NCBI GenBank assembly: GCA_964016885.1
Contig: OZ024740.1
Coordinates: 378,262,001 to 378,326,000, forward strand
Direction of reading: 5' to 3'
DNA from: Eledone cirrhosa
Lineage: Eukaryota
Length of the DNA stretch: 64,000 nucleotides
In this document: one piece after another, positions 61,310 to 64,000 of the stretch
Layout: the number at the start of each line of letters is the position of its first letter
Numbering within the stretch: position 1 is the stretch's first letter
Translations under genes and position numbers: made by a program
Notes under the pieces: model-generated
The model's input: the letters and a program-made list of their open reading frames with translations, nothing else
Told to the model about the DNA's origin: nothing
Databases searched by the model: none

Positions 61310-62445
61310 TCTCTCTATATATAAAACAGAGGATGTCTGTCTGTGTAAATCCCTAAAACTCTAAGTACTCAACCGATTTTTTTCAAACTTTACACATGCA
61401 TTACTTATATTTCTTGAAGTGCAATGGGCTAAATTTTAACTTTTCCTGCCCTAGATGTGCATTAGGCGAAAAACCGCATTTTAAAGGCATTTTTAGGCTT
61501 TTTTGAGGTGTAACTTAGAGCTAATCCAGCCGCTTTCCTCGAAATTTGCAGCACACATTAGTTAATCTCCTCGCATTTCCGTGGACAAAGAAAATTTCCG
61601 ATTCCATTAATGGTTTCTAGGAAATTTACGAATTAGCATTGGGCATTACATGCCATTTTCATTTTCAATATAAACGCTACTTAAACATTGTAAGTAGCGA
61701 ATAATATTTCGTTAAAATTTGGTTTATTTAACAGAGGACACAACACTTACTTTTAAGCAGGACCATTTTCGGGAGATTGAGGAAATGAGGAGGACCTTAA
61801 AATTTTTGTTGGCGCCTTGTTGACGCTTTGTGCTTTCATCACACGCAAATCCGGGCCCTGTGTATGTTGCTGTGTTATTGACACTGTAAAACTCACATTT
61901 GTGCTACTTCTACTAAGACCTCTTTTGTTGCACCTATACTGCAGTATGAATGCCCTGTGCAAGTACACTGAACAGCGGTTGTCCTAATTCTTTGGTGACC
62001 CCTTTTGTCACACCTTTGTTGCTGTGTAAATGCAGTGCAACCAGTGCCGCTCAGCATTTGTGCTAATTGCACTATGACCCCCTGATTTTATTATCTCAAT
62101 ATCCCTACTTAAACGTACATCCATACTTGGTTTTCACACAATTGACTACATCGCTCCTTCAGACTGATGTGTATTCCCCATCCGTGACGTAATTCATGAA
62201 CAGACTTACGACATACATCGCCCCACAACACTTACTCCTTTCGCATACAGGATATCCGCAATCAGCCCACTGACACTGCTACTACTGGATTTGACCTCCT
62301 GGTGTTTTATGTTTCCAGTAGATGAGCAATCATTCCCTGAGAATAAGGGAATTCAAAAAGTACACAACTACATTCCTCAATCTTCGCATATGCGTGTTGC
62401 TATTTCACGTTTCCTACCCCGTGCAACGCCGGGTCCTGCTGCTAG
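61310..62445 (+). mobile_element. Non-autonomous Helitron
   Basis: a|TCtctctatatataaaacagaggatgtctgtctg ... cccgtgcaacgccggg hairpin, ctgCTAG|t. Inserted between A and T with no TSD. Confidence 0.88.
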
Positions 62446-62649
62446 TACATTATAAATTTCAGTAAGAATTTTCAGTTCATAACAGCACCAGATGACCTTT
62501 ATATTCTTATCTCTGATTGATTTCAGTATTGTAACATTTATCTACTCTAAATCAACTTTCTTGAGTCAAAAGTTTGTACCCACTTGTATATCTTTAAAAA
62601 CAGGAAGAATGAAAAAAAGAGAAAGAGGGTGTGGGGAGAAAACCAGTTA

Positions 62650-64000
62650 AAGAGGGCACCAAATTGAGCCATGCATCACTGTTTGACTGTGAGGTTGACT
62701 GAAGGTAGGTAAGACTGTTGATTTAAGGAAGACTCAATTGTTGTGCTGGTTGACCTGCATTTGATGTCATCCCAGTCGCATTGGTAACCTACATACAGAG
62801 GTACAGAACTGACTCACATTCCCAGTCCACATTAAGTGCAGATGTTTTGCAAAGAACTAGAGATGATAAAGGAAAAGTAGGGTGGCAGTGTCAGATTAAA
62901 TGTTGAGTGAGTGGAAGCTGACCGAACTGAACCTCATGGGAGTTTTGGCTGTTGCCAGTCTGTGTCATGGAAACAGTGATATTGCAGTTGAGTTTGGTAC
63001 AGAGACAAATGGTGGCATCAAGTTTACTGAAGTGTTTTACATGGGGATTACATGGCACACTGCAGCAAGAAGAGAAGTTTGGAGTGAGTGAAGCAGATCT
63101 TCAGCAGGAAGAGTATGGGATATAAATGTTTGAGATACAATCTGTCTGTCATCCTTACCAGGTCAACTTGTTTGGCCTCCAGGAATTCTCGAATAACTTT
63201 TGAGAGAATTGGGGTATTAAGAATGAAGGTAACATCCTTTGGAGTAAATTGTACGCCAGTTTGAATGGACCAAATGCTATATATGGTGTCATCATATTGA
63301 CCATAACTCACATATATCCCCTATGATTTGGATGACTTAATCTCAAGTCTAAGGAGGGATTGGGCTGGAATGATGTTTTGAAGGTTGTTATTGACATTTC
63401 CACAGAGCCACCATGTGTCATATCATCCAGGTACCAGATGTTGAATGGTAAGTGGATTGTGTTATCAATTTTGTTAACAACCAGCTTGAAGAGAAGCAAA
63501 CTGTGAGGGTAGTCTTGTTGGTCACATGTAGTGGATGTTAGAATATTGCCAGCAGCGATGATCATGCTAGACATCCTGTAAGAGTGATATCAGGAGTTTG
63601 AAAGAGGGTTATCTCTGGCACATGTTTAGAATAGGATCATGCCATACATTATTTAAATCGTTTCTCAAGTCCAAGGTGACGATACGAGTACCTGCTCAAT
63701 GAAGTGTCTGGCCACATTAACAGCTGCTTTAACTTCACATTTAAACCCTAATGTGAGTTGAACAGAGCACAGTTCTATGCTGAGGGCCCCACAGAACTGA
63801 CTTGCAGGATACCTTAGCTAAAAGCCATTGAATGATGTTGCCCACTGTGATGGGCTAGATACCTCTCACATTCTTTTCTGAGAAGGAAAGATTGTGAATA
63901 TATTAGGAGGGGTCTGTTTGGAGAAGACTATAATCAATTGAAACAGACATACACTTGCCTCAGTGGAGTGTAGCAAAGTTATGTCTCTGAGGTGGTTGGT
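62650..64000 (-). mobile_element. CRE-clade retrotransposon RT region, decayed, runs off the window
   Basis: GI*PITVGNIIQWLLAK, VTLDLRNDLNNV and DQQDYPHSLLLF...FNIWYLDDMTHGG correspond to the CRE motifs IRPIAVG, KLDFxNAFNS, QQGDPLGPLLF and WYLDD. Confidence 0.85.

Overview
AT-rich, microsatellite-rich eukaryotic DNA. The SINE, RTE-tail and MITE families resemble those of octopod cephalopods; this is an inference, not a verified identification. The only clear host coding sequence is one very large minus-strand exon (21127-27057, about 1976 codons, low-complexity and S/N/Q/K-rich) with a splice acceptor and a stop codon. The rest is intron-like or intergenic DNA full of transposons. It holds an apparently intact RTE-clade LINE (ORF 43804-46923, APE endonuclease + RT) with a C4HC3 PHD-like finger inserted inside the RT domain, preceded by a near-perfect 6 x 98-bp tandem array. 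It also holds many decayed RTE copies and (GAT)n tails, CRE, CR1/L2, L1/Tx1 and Penelope remnants, hAT elements with intact 8-bp TSDs, mariner and Tigger remnants, TTAA MITEs, Helitrons, tRNA-derived SINEs and several long inverted repeats. I saw no prokaryotic system and no CRISPR array. All family assignments come from manual motif reading; no database search was run.
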